Below are positions 25,068 through 36,362 of a DNA stretch of 64,000 nt, one piece after another. Numbering within the stretch: the first letter of the stretch is position 1; each line of letters starts with the position of its first letter. A model generated the notes under the pieces. It was not told the DNA's origin. It saw only the letters and a program-made list of their open reading frames with translations, and searched no databases. The stretch comes from the human T2T-CHM13v2.0 reference genome, Homo sapiens, in the NCBI RefSeq assembly GCF_009914755.1, contig NC_060925.1; one strand, written 5' to 3'. Made by a program: the position numbers and the translations under genes.

Positions 25068-25615
25068 TACACACACCTGAACACACACACCTACATGCAC
25101 ACATCACACTGGCGCACACACACCTGCATGGACACATGCACACCCACACACATCTGCACACCCTGTATGCACACACCGGGAAGCTACACACACTTGTATG
25201 CACACATTTGCACACCCCACACAGGTGCACACACTTACCTGCACAAACCCACCTGCATGCACATGAACACCCAACACACCTGCACACACACCTGTATGCA
25301 CACACATGCACACCCCCACACAACTGCACACACGCCTGCACACCCACACACCTGTGTGCACACACATGAATGCACACACCACACACCTGCACACACATGA
25401 ACAGCCACACTGCACGCACATGTACACACACACCTGCACACACACCTGTATGCACACACATGCACACCCCCACGCACCTGCACACACACACACACCTATA
25501 TGAACACACATGAACAGCCACACCTGCTGGCACACACATGCACACACACATACGTCTGCACACACACACCTGCATGCACACCCCTACACCTGCCGTCATA
25601 CACACCAGCACACCT
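25068..25615 (+). repeat. Degenerate (CA/CACCTGCA)n tract
   Basis: acacacacctgcatgcacacacatgcacacccc... Confidence 0.92.
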
Positions 25616-25996
25616 GGTGGGCACCCTTGTCTGGCTCTGCCACACAGCTGTCTTTTCTGGGGATGCCCTGTGAACCCCAGGATAGATGCGGCCTCTTCCT
25701 TTCTGTTCCAGAAGGAGCAGCTCTTTCCCTCCTCCTGAGTCTGACCTTGCCATGTCCTGACCTTGGGACTCAGCTCCCCTGCCCCGCCCAACCACATCTC
25801 TTCCCTGGGTGCAGCGCCCAAGCGTGTGCCTATGGGGCTCTGGAGTCAGCGCATCTGCGTCCACGACTGACTCCACTACTTCCCCGTCCCTTTGCTGCCC
25901 CGTGACCGATTCTCCATGTTTGAAAGTGGAGGCATCAAGATCTCCCTCCCAGGAGGACGAGAGTGAGTGAGTGAAGCGAGAAAACCATCTGCAACT

Positions 25997-26158
25997 GCTC
26001 AGCCCGAATTGCCGCTCAGCCCGAATTACCGCTCAGGCCGAATTACCGCTCAGCCCGAATTACCGCTCAGGCCGAATTACCGCTCAGCCCGAATTACCGC
26101 TCAGGCCGAATTGCCGCTCAGCCCCAATTACTGCTCAGCCCCAATTACTGCTCAGCCC
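25997..26158. repeat. 17-bp minisatellite GCTCAG(C/G)CCGAATTACC, ~9.5 copies
   Basis: Units start at 25997, 26014, 26031, 26048, 26065, 26082, 26099, 26116, 26133 and 26150. Confidence 0.97.
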
Positions 26159-26349
26159 TCATGATCCTTGACCTGCACTGGCTCCAGGACCTGCCTTCAC
26201 TTCAGGGGCCTCGGTTTCTCCCCATGGCAGTGACCCCAAGTCAGCGGAGAGGCCCAAAGAGTCACTCACAGAGGCTGCCCTAGGAGTCCTAGGTGTGCAG
26301 TGTGGGCCTGGCCCAGCGCCCTCCATGCTCCTACCACTGTGCATGTGGG

Positions 26350-26575
26350 TCCCAGGCCAGGGGGCCAGGGGTCCAGGGGTCGGGGGTCCAGGGTCAGGGT
26401 CTTGGGGTACCACGGGCTGAGGGGCTGGAGGCCAGGGGTTCAGGGGACCAGGGGGCCAGGGGGCCAGGGGGCCAGGGTCAGTGTCTTGGGGGATAAGAGA
26501 CTGAGGGGCTGGAGGCCAGAGAGCCAGCAGATGGGGGGTCCAGGGCATTGGGGATCTGGAGGCAGGGGGCCAAAG
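26350..26575 (+). repeat. G-rich degenerate repeat (CCAGGGGG / GGGGTC), G-quadruplex-prone
   Basis: About 20 runs of G3-G6 with short loops. Confidence 0.7.
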
Positions 26576-27931
26576 TGCTGGACCAGGAGGACTGTGCGGT
26601 AGTGGCCCCGCATTCTTAGCAGCCAGGTCTCTGGTGAGGGGTGGAGGTGAGCACAGCCTTGGGTCTGAGTCCTGCCCGTGTTCTGGCCAGTGTCCAGCTG
26701 CATGGATGTTCCAGGAGTGATGGTTCAGGGGACAGAAATGGCCCAGCTGTTGCCGTCAGGACAGATAAATAGTTGACCCTGATGTTTTTCCCACCAAGAC
26801 CAACAGGCCCCTGTCTCTGGAGCCAGGAGCCGCTCAGCTACATCGGCTGGCAAGTTTTGCCGGCTGCCTGCTGAACCCTGGCATCTTGAAGGGGCTATGG
26901 CTGGGGGCGGCACCAGGGTGGGACACAGAAGTCAGAACCTCCGAGCCAGGCTTGGCATTCAGCTCTAGAGAACAGCACAGCCAGGTCTCAGGGGGCCAAG
27001 GAGGGTCCCAGGGCCAGTGCCAGGCCTCTGTGGCTTCTGGGGAACAGTGGGCTGGGAAAAAGAGTCTGTGAGCTTGGGGGTGGCTGCTGGACACTGGTGG
27101 AGTCAGGCCTTGCCTGCAGTTCCGCCTGACTCTGCAGAGCCCTGCAGCCGCGTGTGCTCAGATGCAGCACCCAGGGAAGGGTTCATGGGTGGATGGGCCT
27201 GGGGGGAACCAGTTTCTAGGGGATGGCCCAGCAACGCGCAAAAGGGAGACCCCTGAAGCCGGCCGGCCTGTTCCGGGCACGGCTGCAGCCGGTCCTCGCA
27301 CTCACCTCCCTTGCAGACAGACCCACTGAAATCCCCAGCCCACCTGGGAGCTGCTTTGGGGAAGAGGTCTTATGGGGTCTAAGGGCGGTCCCAGCCCCAC
27401 CAGCTGAGGCCCTGCTCAGCCCTCTACTTCCCCTGCACCAGACACCCCCTTCTGGGCCTCCCTCCAGAGCGTCCCTGCCTGAGGCAGCCCCCGGATCACT
27501 GCCCTGTGGGAGGATGAGCTCTTGATAGGGGCCGGCCAGGACATGGGGCCTGGGGCTCCAGGCCTCAGTTTCTCCATCTGGGCAAGGGGGTGGGGAGGGC
27601 ACTGATGCTCATGTGGCTCCCTCTGTCCAGGGTGAGATGTCCCCTCTGGAGAGAGGTGCTTTCACTCAAGGTGGGCACGTGGGGGCCGAGCAGCTCCACC
27701 TCCAGATGGCTGTCTCTCGGCTGTGCCTCAGTTTTCTCCTCAATGCAACGAGGCTAGCGATGCCTCGGCCGAGGCTGTGGAGGGAGGGACTGGGGATCCC
27801 TCCAGAGTTCACGGCGACTGCTCCTGAGTCCTGGCCCTGCCCCTCTTGGCAGGCGCCCTGGAGGGCCCAGAGTGTGCACTGGGGCGGGGCGGGTGGCTGC
27901 TCCACCTCCTCCCGCGGTCACTGCTCGTGGA

Positions 27932-27950
27932 CACCAGCAGAGGGCGGCCA
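27932..27950 (+). promoter_or_regulatory. Possible CTCF site
   Basis: CCAGCAGAGGGCGG closely matches core CCASYAGRKGGCRS; motif only, in GC-rich DNA. Confidence 0.3.
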
Positions 27951-28939
27951 CGCACCACGCACAGCTGGGCTGTCCACGCCGGAGCCCCCCTCCAGGTGCG
28001 AGTCAAGGGGAGGCTGGGGAGGGGCTCAGGCCGCAGGAAGACCACTGCGCAGGGCAGGGGAGGGGCCTCAGACCTGGACCTGGGGTGGGAAGGGTGCAGT
28101 GGGGACCCTGGCCGGTGCCCTTGGAGCTGGGCCTGCACTGAGCATCCTCACGGCCCACATACCGGGCTTGGGCTTGGGGGGTGCTCGAAAGCACGGCCAC
28201 CCAGGGCTTCTCCAGGGCGTGAGGAAACAGGGCAGGTGGGCAGGAGGTGCTTGGGCGGCAGGGCCTGCGGCCACAGGGGTTGTGGTCTGGAGTCCAAGTG
28301 CAGCCCCCATCCAGCTTCCAACCATGGTTGGGCCGCAGAGGGCAGAGGGGTCCTGCTGTTACTCCTGCAGAAGTTTCCACCAGCTCCTTCTGACTGGATC
28401 TTCCCCTCCACCTGTCCTCACAGGGGTCTCTGCTCCACTGGACAAGCATTGAAACATGTCTGGGGGAGGGGCTGGCCTCCTGCTCACGAGACCCACACAA
28501 CATGGTGGGTGCAGCCCATTCTCCTGTCTGGGGTCTAGAGTGGACAGAGGCTGGGAGGTGGTTGCAGGACAGGAAGGGGGTGCGTGGCAGCTGTGCCGTG
28601 AGCAGGTTGTGCTCTCCAGACAGGAGGGCCCTTGCAAGTGGCGAGTTCTCAGGGGTTCGGGGACCTTGGTGCCGGACGAGGACCACTCCTGAAAGAGAGT
28701 TTGTCTCAGGCCTGGGGGAAATGAGAGCGCAGCCCCATCCCCACGTTAGGCCAGGACTGAGGCAAGCTGTCCTTCAAGCTGACGAGGTCACCCTGAAAGG
28801 GTCGCAAATGAGCACTGGCCCCCAACCCCCTTCCTCACCAGTCCCCCGCTGCAGTGGACAGGGTGGGGCTAGGGCTGGGCTTCTGGAAACCCATAGGGCA
28901 CCTGCCTTAAAAGCAATGGAAAATGCCGGGGGCCTCTGA

Positions 28940-29070
28940 GAACAAAGATGTCCATCGCAGTGTTATTTACGATGCCGGAACTGGAAACAACCAAGTCTTC
29001 AAAACTGGAGGAACAGCCGAGAAACTATTGCACAGACATCAAATGGAATTTTATTCTACTAACAACATGA
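28940..29070 (+). mobile_element. L1ME-like 3' fragment
   Basis: gatgtccatcgcagtgttattta...ctggaaacaacc...aatggaattttattc. Confidence 0.55.
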
Positions 29071-29074
29071 ATGA

Positions 29075-29930
29075 TGTGTTTTTTCCTTTGGCTGCTATAA
29101 AAATTGAAATAAACTTAAGGCTTAGAACCACACATTCCTTATTGTAGAATTCTGGAAGTCAGAGTCCTACAATGAAAGTGTGGCAGGGCGGGTTCCTCCT
29201 GGGGGCTCGAGGCGAGAATCTCTTCCTTGCCTTTTCACTTCTAGAGATGCCCATGCTCATTGGCTTGTGGTTCCTCCTCCGTTCTCAAAGCTGGCAGCAC
29301 AGCTCCTTCCAGTCCCTCTCTCTGATCTCTGCTTCTACACCCGCATGTCCTCCCGCTCTGACCCTCCTGCCTCCCTCTTAGGAGAGCCCAGTGATCACAC
29401 TGGCCCCACCTGGATAATCCTGGATAATTTCCTCATCTCAAGAACCTCAATTTAACCCCCTCTGCACAGTCCCCTTTGCCAGGCGTGATGGTTACTTTTA
29501 TGGGTTAACTTGACGGGGCTGTGGGGTTCCCAGACACTTGGTCAGTGTGACTCTGGCTGTGTCTGTCTGTGAGGCTGTTTCTGGGTGAGATTGACATTTG
29601 AACAGGTAGACAGGGTAAAGAAGGCTGCCCTCTGTCATGCGGGTGGCCTCACGCAACCAGGGGAAGGCTTGCAGAGAACTAAAGAGGTGCCCCTCCCCAG
29701 ATAAGAAGGAATTCACTCTGCCTTCAGCTTTAAGGAAACCAGGGGCTCCTGCGGGGTCTCGAGGCTGCAGATGGCAGATGGTGGGCTCCATTGGCCTTCC
29801 TGATCCCCTTTCCCCCCGACACACAGCCTGCTGGTTTTGCTTCCTCAGAGAGCCCTGACGAATGCGCCAGGTAAGGTTCCGGGGACTGAGACGTGGGCAT
29901 CTGTGGGGACTGTCATTCAGCTGACCACAG
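29075..29930 (-). mobile_element. MLT1 LTR split by an MLT2 insertion
   Basis: ggctgctataa...ttctggaagtcagagtcc...ctggataatcctggataatttcctcatctcaag; resumes at 29867 with ccaggtaaggttcc...cattcagctgaccaca. Confidence 0.75.
29484..29866 (+). mobile_element. ERVL MLT2 solo LTR with 5-bp TSD CCAGG
   Basis: (c)gtgatggttacttttatgggttaacttgac...gagccctgacgaatgcg; CCAGG at 29479-29483 and 29867-29871. Confidence 0.8.
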
Positions 29931-30162
29931 ATGGGGTGGACAGTCCTGTCATGTCCACCTGAGAACACGGCAGAGCAACCCAGAAGCATGTGCTCTGAGA
30001 GCTCACCGGGCCGTCTCTGGGTGTTGGGATTGCAGCTGACTGCCTTCCTTCTTTGGATATTTCGGGGTTTTCGTCTTCTGTTCTAATGAGGAAGTTCAAT
30101 GTAGGTGGCACATCCCAGCCCCAGGGGAAGCAAATGCCCAGGAGCCGCTGCTGGGCGAGGCG

Positions 30163-30532
30163 TGTGCATTAGGCTGTTCTCGTACTGCTGTAGAGAAATG
30201 CCCATGTCTGTGTAACTTACAAGAAAAGCTCACGGTTCTGGAGGCTGTGTGGGAAGCACGGTGGCATCTGCGTCTGGGGAGGCCTCAGAAGGCTTCCAAT
30301 CACGGTGGAAGACGACGGGGAAGTAGGTGCCTTATGTGGTGGGAGCAGGAGCAAGAGAGAGAAGGGGAGCTGCCACACACACTTTAAACAACCAGATCTG
30401 TCGCTAAGACAGCACCAAACCTGGAGGGCTCTGCCCCCAGGACCCAAGCACCTCCCGCCGGCCCCACCTCCAGCACTGGGGATTTCATTTCCACACGAGA
30501 TTTGGGTGGGGACAGCTATCCCATTGATACCA
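30163..30532 (-). mobile_element. MSTA/MSTB-type MaLR LTR
   Basis: cattaggctgttctcgtactgctgtagagaaatgcc...ggggaggcctcagaaggcttccaatcacgg...gagatttgggtggggaca. Confidence 0.8.
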
Positions 30533-30657
30533 CCTTGGTTTGGGGCTGCCCTGGAGCTGATGCCTGGGGGGCGAATCCTGGCTGCCTCTCCTCCCTCTGC
30601 CCCATGTCCAGGTGTTCTGAGGTCACCTGGGGCTTATTCTGCCAAAAGAGCATCTCG

Positions 30658-30661
<4 letters not shown>

Positions 30662-30707
<46 letters not shown>
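30662..30707. repeat. (GT)23 microsatellite
   Basis: Perfect dinucleotide run. Confidence 0.97.
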
Positions 30708-30710
<3 letters not shown>

Positions 30711-30804
30711 GGGGGGTGGCACTAAGGGGTCAGCCAGTACAGGGGGTCCAGGAAGGAGGTGGGGAGAAGACTCTGTCCCCAGGACCTGGGAAAGGGTCAC
30801 AGCC

Positions 30805-30925
30805 TGCCCCTCTGGGCTGATGGGTGGGGGGACTTTGTCCCTCTGGTCTGATGGGGAGGGGGGACTTTGCCCCTCTGGGCTGATGGGGGGAGACTTTGCC
30901 CGGCTGATGGAGGGTGCTTTGTCTC
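30805..30925. repeat. ~31-bp tandem repeat CCCTCTGGGCTGATGGGNGGGGGGACTTTG, ~3.5 copies
   Basis: Three visible copies plus a degenerate one. Confidence 0.8.
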
Positions 30926-31514
30926 CCACCAGGCAGCTTGGTCTCTCTGTCTGCAGCTCCCCAGGGCCAGGGCCAGGTGAGGGCATGCCTGGTGGCACCT
31001 TCCCTGGGGATGGAGAGCCTCTGGGGTCCATGGGTGTCTCTGACTGGGGGTCACCTGTGTGGTCCCCTGCTTCAATTTAGGTCCCCTGTTCTGCAGGCAG
31101 GGGCTTAAGCTCTGTGGGGGTGAGGGCTTGCTTTCCAGGGCAGAATGGGCTGCTGGAGGTGAGGTCAAAGTCAGGCTCCTAGAGAAGGCTGGGACTAGGG
31201 TCACCATTGGTAAGAAAAGGTAAAATGTAGTGTCTTCCCTAGATGGAGGGAGAAAGGGGCCAACTTACATGGCCGCGAGGGAACCCAGCCTGGCAGCAGG
31301 CTCCGGTCCACACCAACTCGAGGTAAATGCTGGAGAAGATCCCCAGCTGGGCTGCGGTAGGACCCCTCCCTGCAGCTGGTGCCACCCTCGGGGGCTCTGC
31401 CTCAGGACGCCCTCCACACTCAGCACAATAGCCCCTGACTGTTGATCTGGAGAGGGAGCTTGCAAACATTTCTGTTTGTTTCAAGCCAGAAAGCAGCAGT
31501 GGAGTGGGGTCGGT

Positions 31515-31775
31515 TTGCAGGGACTTCCACAGCAAAGCACCACAGCCTGGACGCTTACACAGCACTGTTCCCACGGCCCTGCAGGCTGGGAGTCCAGGGT
31601 CAGGGCGCCGCAGGGCTTGCTCCTCCAGGGGCCTCTCTGTGGCTGGTAGATGCCGCCTTCTCTGTGTCCTCACAGGGGCGTCCCTCCATGCATCTGTCCT
31701 CACCTCCTCCTGTAAGGACACCTGGATTAGGGCCCACCCTTATGACGTCATTTCACCTAAGTCACCTTTTCAACG
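31515..31775 (-). mobile_element. MLT1B/C-type LTR remnant
   Basis: tgtaaggacacctggattagggcccacccttatgacgtcatttcacct. Confidence 0.7.
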
Positions 31776-33075
31776 CAGGGCCAGAGTTCAGCCCTAATGG
31801 GGGGGGGGTTCAGCTTTCAGAGGAACCCCCTCTTCTGTGGCTCCCCCACTGGTGGGCAGAAGCCGGGCAGGGCATGGGGGGATGTTTGTTGAGGTGCAGC
31901 AAGAAAAACCTGCAGTTTCCCACACTGCCAGGCCGAGAGCAGAGACAGCTTGGCTGTGGTCAGGTTTTCTAAAACGCTGCTTCTTAGGGGCCAGTTTTCC
32001 TCAGTCAGGTCACCCCCCGCAGCCCTGGGCCCCAGGTGGAGAATGTTCTCATGCCTGTGCCAACAGGGGCTGCCAAGTGTAGGCAGAGAACGGCGGGCAG
32101 GTCTGCGCCACCGAGCTGAGTTTGAGGATTTCACACAAGACCTGGTGGAGTGGAGCGAGGACTCCACCCTGTGCTGGTTCCGAGCCCCTCAGGGGCGTTT
32201 GAGGAAGGCGCCTGTGGTCAGGACGCTGGTGGTGGCATTAACTCAACCAGGTGCTGGCCAAGCTCTGGCCATAGAGAGTGTTCTGGATCGCGCCTGCTGG
32301 GAGCAGCTGGGACAGGGCTCTCTGGTTCCCATGCACCGTGTCCTCACGTGGGGGTCCTGCTGTCTCCAGGCCTGGCCCTCCTGAGGGGCTTGAGGGAAGC
32401 CCAGCTCCCAGGTCAGTCCGGAGATCCCTGTCCCCTGGGCCATCTCCCTCGTCCAGGAGGTGTGTGGGGTGGACCAGGGTGGGGTCCACGTCCACCTAAG
32501 CTGAGGAGCCGACTTCCAACGGTGAGATTCTGCTGGAAAAACCAGAAAGCAAGAGGGAGACAGTGGCTGTTTCAGAGGCCATAGCCTGGCCCAGGTAGGC
32601 ACTGCCGTGCCATCTTGTCTTTGTGCCAGCTCCCATCTGGCTGGGATTGGCTTTGGGACAACAAGGTCTGGGTGTCTGGCTGCAGCTCGGCCGAGTCACG
32701 TGACCTCCCTCTGTGGTACATTCGTCTGCTGGGGACCTGCACCCACCAACCCCTGGGCCATGCACAGTGCCAGGTGGGAGAGGCCCAGGGCCAGGCCTGG
32801 GTGAGGACACGTTGGGGCTACTGGAAGGCCAGCCCCAGGGCTCCCATCTTGCCGAGTTGAGATCCCCCAAGAAGGAAAAGCACCCTGATCTGGAGCTCCC
32901 ACACTCACCGGCTGGGTAGGATGGTGGCAGGCCCTACCTCTGTGTGGGAGGGTGAAGGCGTCAGCTGCAGTAGAAACCATCGGCTCTGGGAGGAAGGGGT
33001 GCACCGAGTGCTTCTCAGAGCCTCTAGAGGGCAAGGGGCATCGTTGGGGGCCTCCCAGGAGACCAAGGTCTACCC

Positions 33076-33264
33076 CAGGGATGGCCAGATAGAGCAAACA
33101 GAGATACAGGATGCCCAGTGACATTTGAATGTCAGATCAGCAAGTCCTTCTGAGTGTAAGTATATCCCATGCACGATTTGGGGGCATACTTGTACTAAGA
33201 AATGACCTGGTGTTGATCTGGGATTCCAGAGCAAGTGGACAGCCTAGTTTCTCTGGCAACTCTA
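33076..33264. mobile_element. MER53 palindromic hAT MITE
   Basis: cagggatggccagatagagcaaac...tacaggatgcccagt...taagtatatcccatgcacgatttgggggcatactt...tctggcaactcta. Confidence 0.75.
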
Positions 33265-33479
33265 TCTGCAGGGTTCCCCGTTCCCACCCCAAGCTCAGCT
33301 GGCTGGGAGCTCTTGTTAGGACAACCTCACAGATGTCCTGTCCCACGACACACAGTCTGGGAAACCTGCTTGTGGCTCTTCTAGGGGTTCCTTCTTTCCT
33401 CACCTCAAAGGTCCTCAGAGAACATGAGTTTCTGCTTGTAACTGTGGGCTTTTTCCACTGACAGGGTCCTGCAGGGTCC

Positions 33480-33650
33480 AGAGAGAAAGAAGAAAGGAAG
33501 AGGAAGAAGGGAGGATGGGAGAAGGGAAAGATGGAAGGAGAGAAGGAGAGAGAGGGGAGAAGAGAAGGAAGGAAGGAAGGGGCAGGAAGGGAGAGGAAGA
33601 AGAAGAGAAAGAAGGCGTGACAGGAAGCGGGAGGGAGGAGGGAGGTGTGA
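33480..33650 (+). repeat. Polypurine (GA-rich) low-complexity tract
   Basis: Almost pure A/G for ~170 bp. Confidence 0.9.
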
Positions 33651-33693
33651 GGGGAGCTCCAGGCTCCGGCCTGAGGCCTCCCTGCTCGTGGGT

Positions 33694-34205
33694 TGCTGAG
33701 ACCAGCTCGATCGGGGGAGACCCTAACCCAGTGGCACTAGAGGAATTAAAGACACACACACAGAAATACAGAGGTGTGAAGTGGGAAATCAGGGGTCTCA
33801 CAGCCTTCAGAGCTGACAGCCCCAACAGAGATTTACCCACATATTTATTAACAGCCAACCAGGCATAGCATTGTTTCTATAGATATAAAATTAACTAAAA
33901 GTATCCCTTATGGGAAACGAAGGGATGGGCCAAATTGAAGGAATAGGTTGGGCTAGTAAACTGCAGCAGGAACATGTCCTTAAGGCATAAATCGCTCATG
34001 CTATTGTTTATGGCTTAAGAATGCCTTTAAGCGGTTTTCCGCCCCGGGCAGGCCAGGTGTTCCTTGTCCTCATTCCCATCAACCCACAACCTTCCAGCTT
34101 GGGCATTAGGGCCATTATGAACATGTCACAGTGCTGCAGAGATTTTGTTTATGGCCAGTCTTGAGGCCAGTTTATGGCCAGATTTTGGGGGGCTTGCTTC
34201 CAACA
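33694..34205 (-). mobile_element. Complete solo MER9 LTR (HERV-K9/HML-3) with 6-bp TSD GTGGGT
   Basis: Minus strand starts TGTTGGAAGCAAGCCCCCCAAAATCTGGCCATAAACTGG and ends GAGCTGGTCTCAGCA; GTGGGT at 33688-33693 and 34206-34211. Confidence 0.92.
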
Positions 34206-35124
34206 GTGGGTGATTTATTCAGCCAGTGTTCCTGGAGTGCCTGCTGTGGCCTGGTGTGGGGATCCGCTGCCCTGGAGCTGAACGAAGCCATGCCCCAGGA
34301 CGTTCTCTCTTCAGTCTGAGCCAGGATCCCCTGGCATCCCCTAGGCCTGGACTTGGGCTCCATCCTGCTGCCACCCAATGCCCCCAAACAGTGGGACCTC
34401 ACGGGGCCTCAGGGCTGTGAACAGGCTTCCCAGTGGAGTCTGTGTTTTGACTTCTGGGAAGACCAGGGACTGGAGGCTCAATGCTCACAGAAAAGGGCAC
34501 AGGGTGGCCCCAAGTACACAGAATGGGCCTGGAGTCCACGCTGAGTCCATCTATCCCCATGGCAGATACGTCGCAGGTGGCACGCTCCTGCTGGATGGTC
34601 GGAGGACCCTAAGCTCACGGCAGGGCCACTGGAGGTCACACGAGGGGTCCTCAGGGCCTCACTCCCAAATCTTAGCTTTGTCCCTGGAGGGTGGGAGAGA
34701 GGCTCTTTTGTAAAGCGAGCTCACCTCTCTCTGACACACTCTCTGCCACTCCCGAGCCCTGGGAAGCAGCTGAGGCCTCAGTGTGGGGGTCCTGTCCCGG
34801 GTTTGGGAGTGAGGTGGGCACGGTCCTGGGCTCTGCTTAACAAACAGCACGTGTGTGTCCAGGGCTCCAGCTTCCTGCCCATCATGCAGAGCCCGGGGGA
34901 CTGATGCTTTGTGGTGAAGGAAGAATTTGGCCCCCATCCTCCATCTGCCTGCCGCGGGGGTCCCCCCACCCGGCAGCGAGGGTCTTGGCATCTGAGTTTG
35001 CCTGACACAGCCAGGGAGGTGAGGTGGTGGCCCGTTGGTGGTGTGCGATTGAGTTTGGGTCGAAATCCAAGGGTGGGAAGGACTGTAGGGATTGAGAGAT
35101 GCCTGAGTGTAGAAACCATTGACT

Positions 35125-35500
35125 ACCAGGTAACAGATTTGATTAATTTTGTGCCTGGAGGTTTTTTTTTTCCCCCTTCCCTTTTCTGTTCCCAAAGAAT
35201 CAGAGAAAACAAAATATTTTTCTAATTAAATAAATCTACGGTGCACGCTAATGGAGCCCGTCTGTGGGTCTGTGACAGGGCAGGGGAGAGTGGAATAATG
35301 ATTTTATTTTTTCATTAAATAGAATTATAGGCAGTTACTCAAAGCAACGCGGAGCCTAATTGAAAGAAACCCATTTCTTCTTAATTTACTTTCACGGTTT
35401 TGGATGATAAAAGAGTGTGTTCTTTGGAAAATTAAATAAAAAACACAACACAAGGAGAGGACTCTGTTTAGGCGCATTATTTGCTCCTTTAAGCTTTAGG
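35125..35500. promoter_or_regulatory. Putative conserved enhancer
   Basis: Non-repeat AT-rich island with TGATTAAT, CTAATTAA, TAATGG, TGACAG, CTAATTG and retained CpGs. Confidence 0.5.
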
Positions 35501-36224
35501 TAACGGGCACCAGGCTCAGGGGAGACAAGGGGAGGCTCCGGTGGTGGGGATCCCTCCCGGGGTCTCTGAGGGTGGAGGAAGTGACCTCAAGACCACCAGG
35601 CTCTGCGGTGCTCCTCTCTGCCCAGGCCCAGGCTGCCTGGGGTATCCTCCTCCTTCCTGGTGCCCGGGACCTCCCTCCAGAAAGAGTTTCCTTTCATCAG
35701 AGTCATGGACAGGATGATGGCCTGGGATGTGGCCATCAGGACAGCCGTGTGAGTCCATGTCCTGGGCCTCTGTGCACTCTGGCCAGCGTCTTCCTGGTCC
35801 CCCTGGAGGGCTCCCACCTCCAAGGTCCACGCTGCTATGTCTGGCCAGGTGCCTCCCTCCACGGTCTTCCCTGCTCACTCATCAAGTAACTGCCCTCCCC
35901 GCTGCCCGAGGCTCTACTTCTTCCTGGAAGCCCTCCCTGACCAGCCCCACCCCCTCGAAACTCCACTGAGCCAAGCTGAGCTCTGGGGGTGCCCCAGGCA
36001 TGGGGGTGCCAAAGTCCCTCACCCTCCTCCTTCCAGTTAATGCCTCCTCCTTCCAGGAAGCCAGGGGCAGAGTCAGTGCTATGAAGACGGCCAAGCACTG
36101 AGTCTCCGCCTGAGGATCCATCCTGTCCTTCGAGTGTTCGCTGAGCTCCCACTGTGTGCTCTGCAGAGCCCGGGGAAACGGAGGGGTTGGCTGTGGGTGC
36201 CGGGGCCATCCTCGGAGCTGCCTG

Positions 36225-36362
36225 TGTGGAGACGTCCTATGTCCATGGGCCACGTGAGTCTACTGAGCACTTGAGACGTAGTTAGTGTGACTCGGGAATG
36301 GAATTTTAAAGCACTTATCTTAATTTATTTAAATTTAAATGTCCACCTCCGGCCACGGTGCA
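36225..36362 (+). mobile_element. MER3 hAT-Charlie fragment
   Basis: gccacgtgagtctactgagcacttgagacgtagttagtgtgact...aatttatttaaatttaaat. Confidence 0.7.

Noticed and set aside
24311-25876. Cys/Val- and His/Thr-rich ORFs
   Set aside because: Products of TG/CA microsatellite-like tracts
25997-26158. CRISPR-like appearance of short repeats (also the VNTRs)
   Set aside because: Head-to-tail units with no unique spacers, no cas genes, and eukaryotic DNA
27613-28686. 279, 230 and 227 aa overlapping ORFs
   Set aside because: Low-complexity GC-rich translations with no family similarity I can recognise
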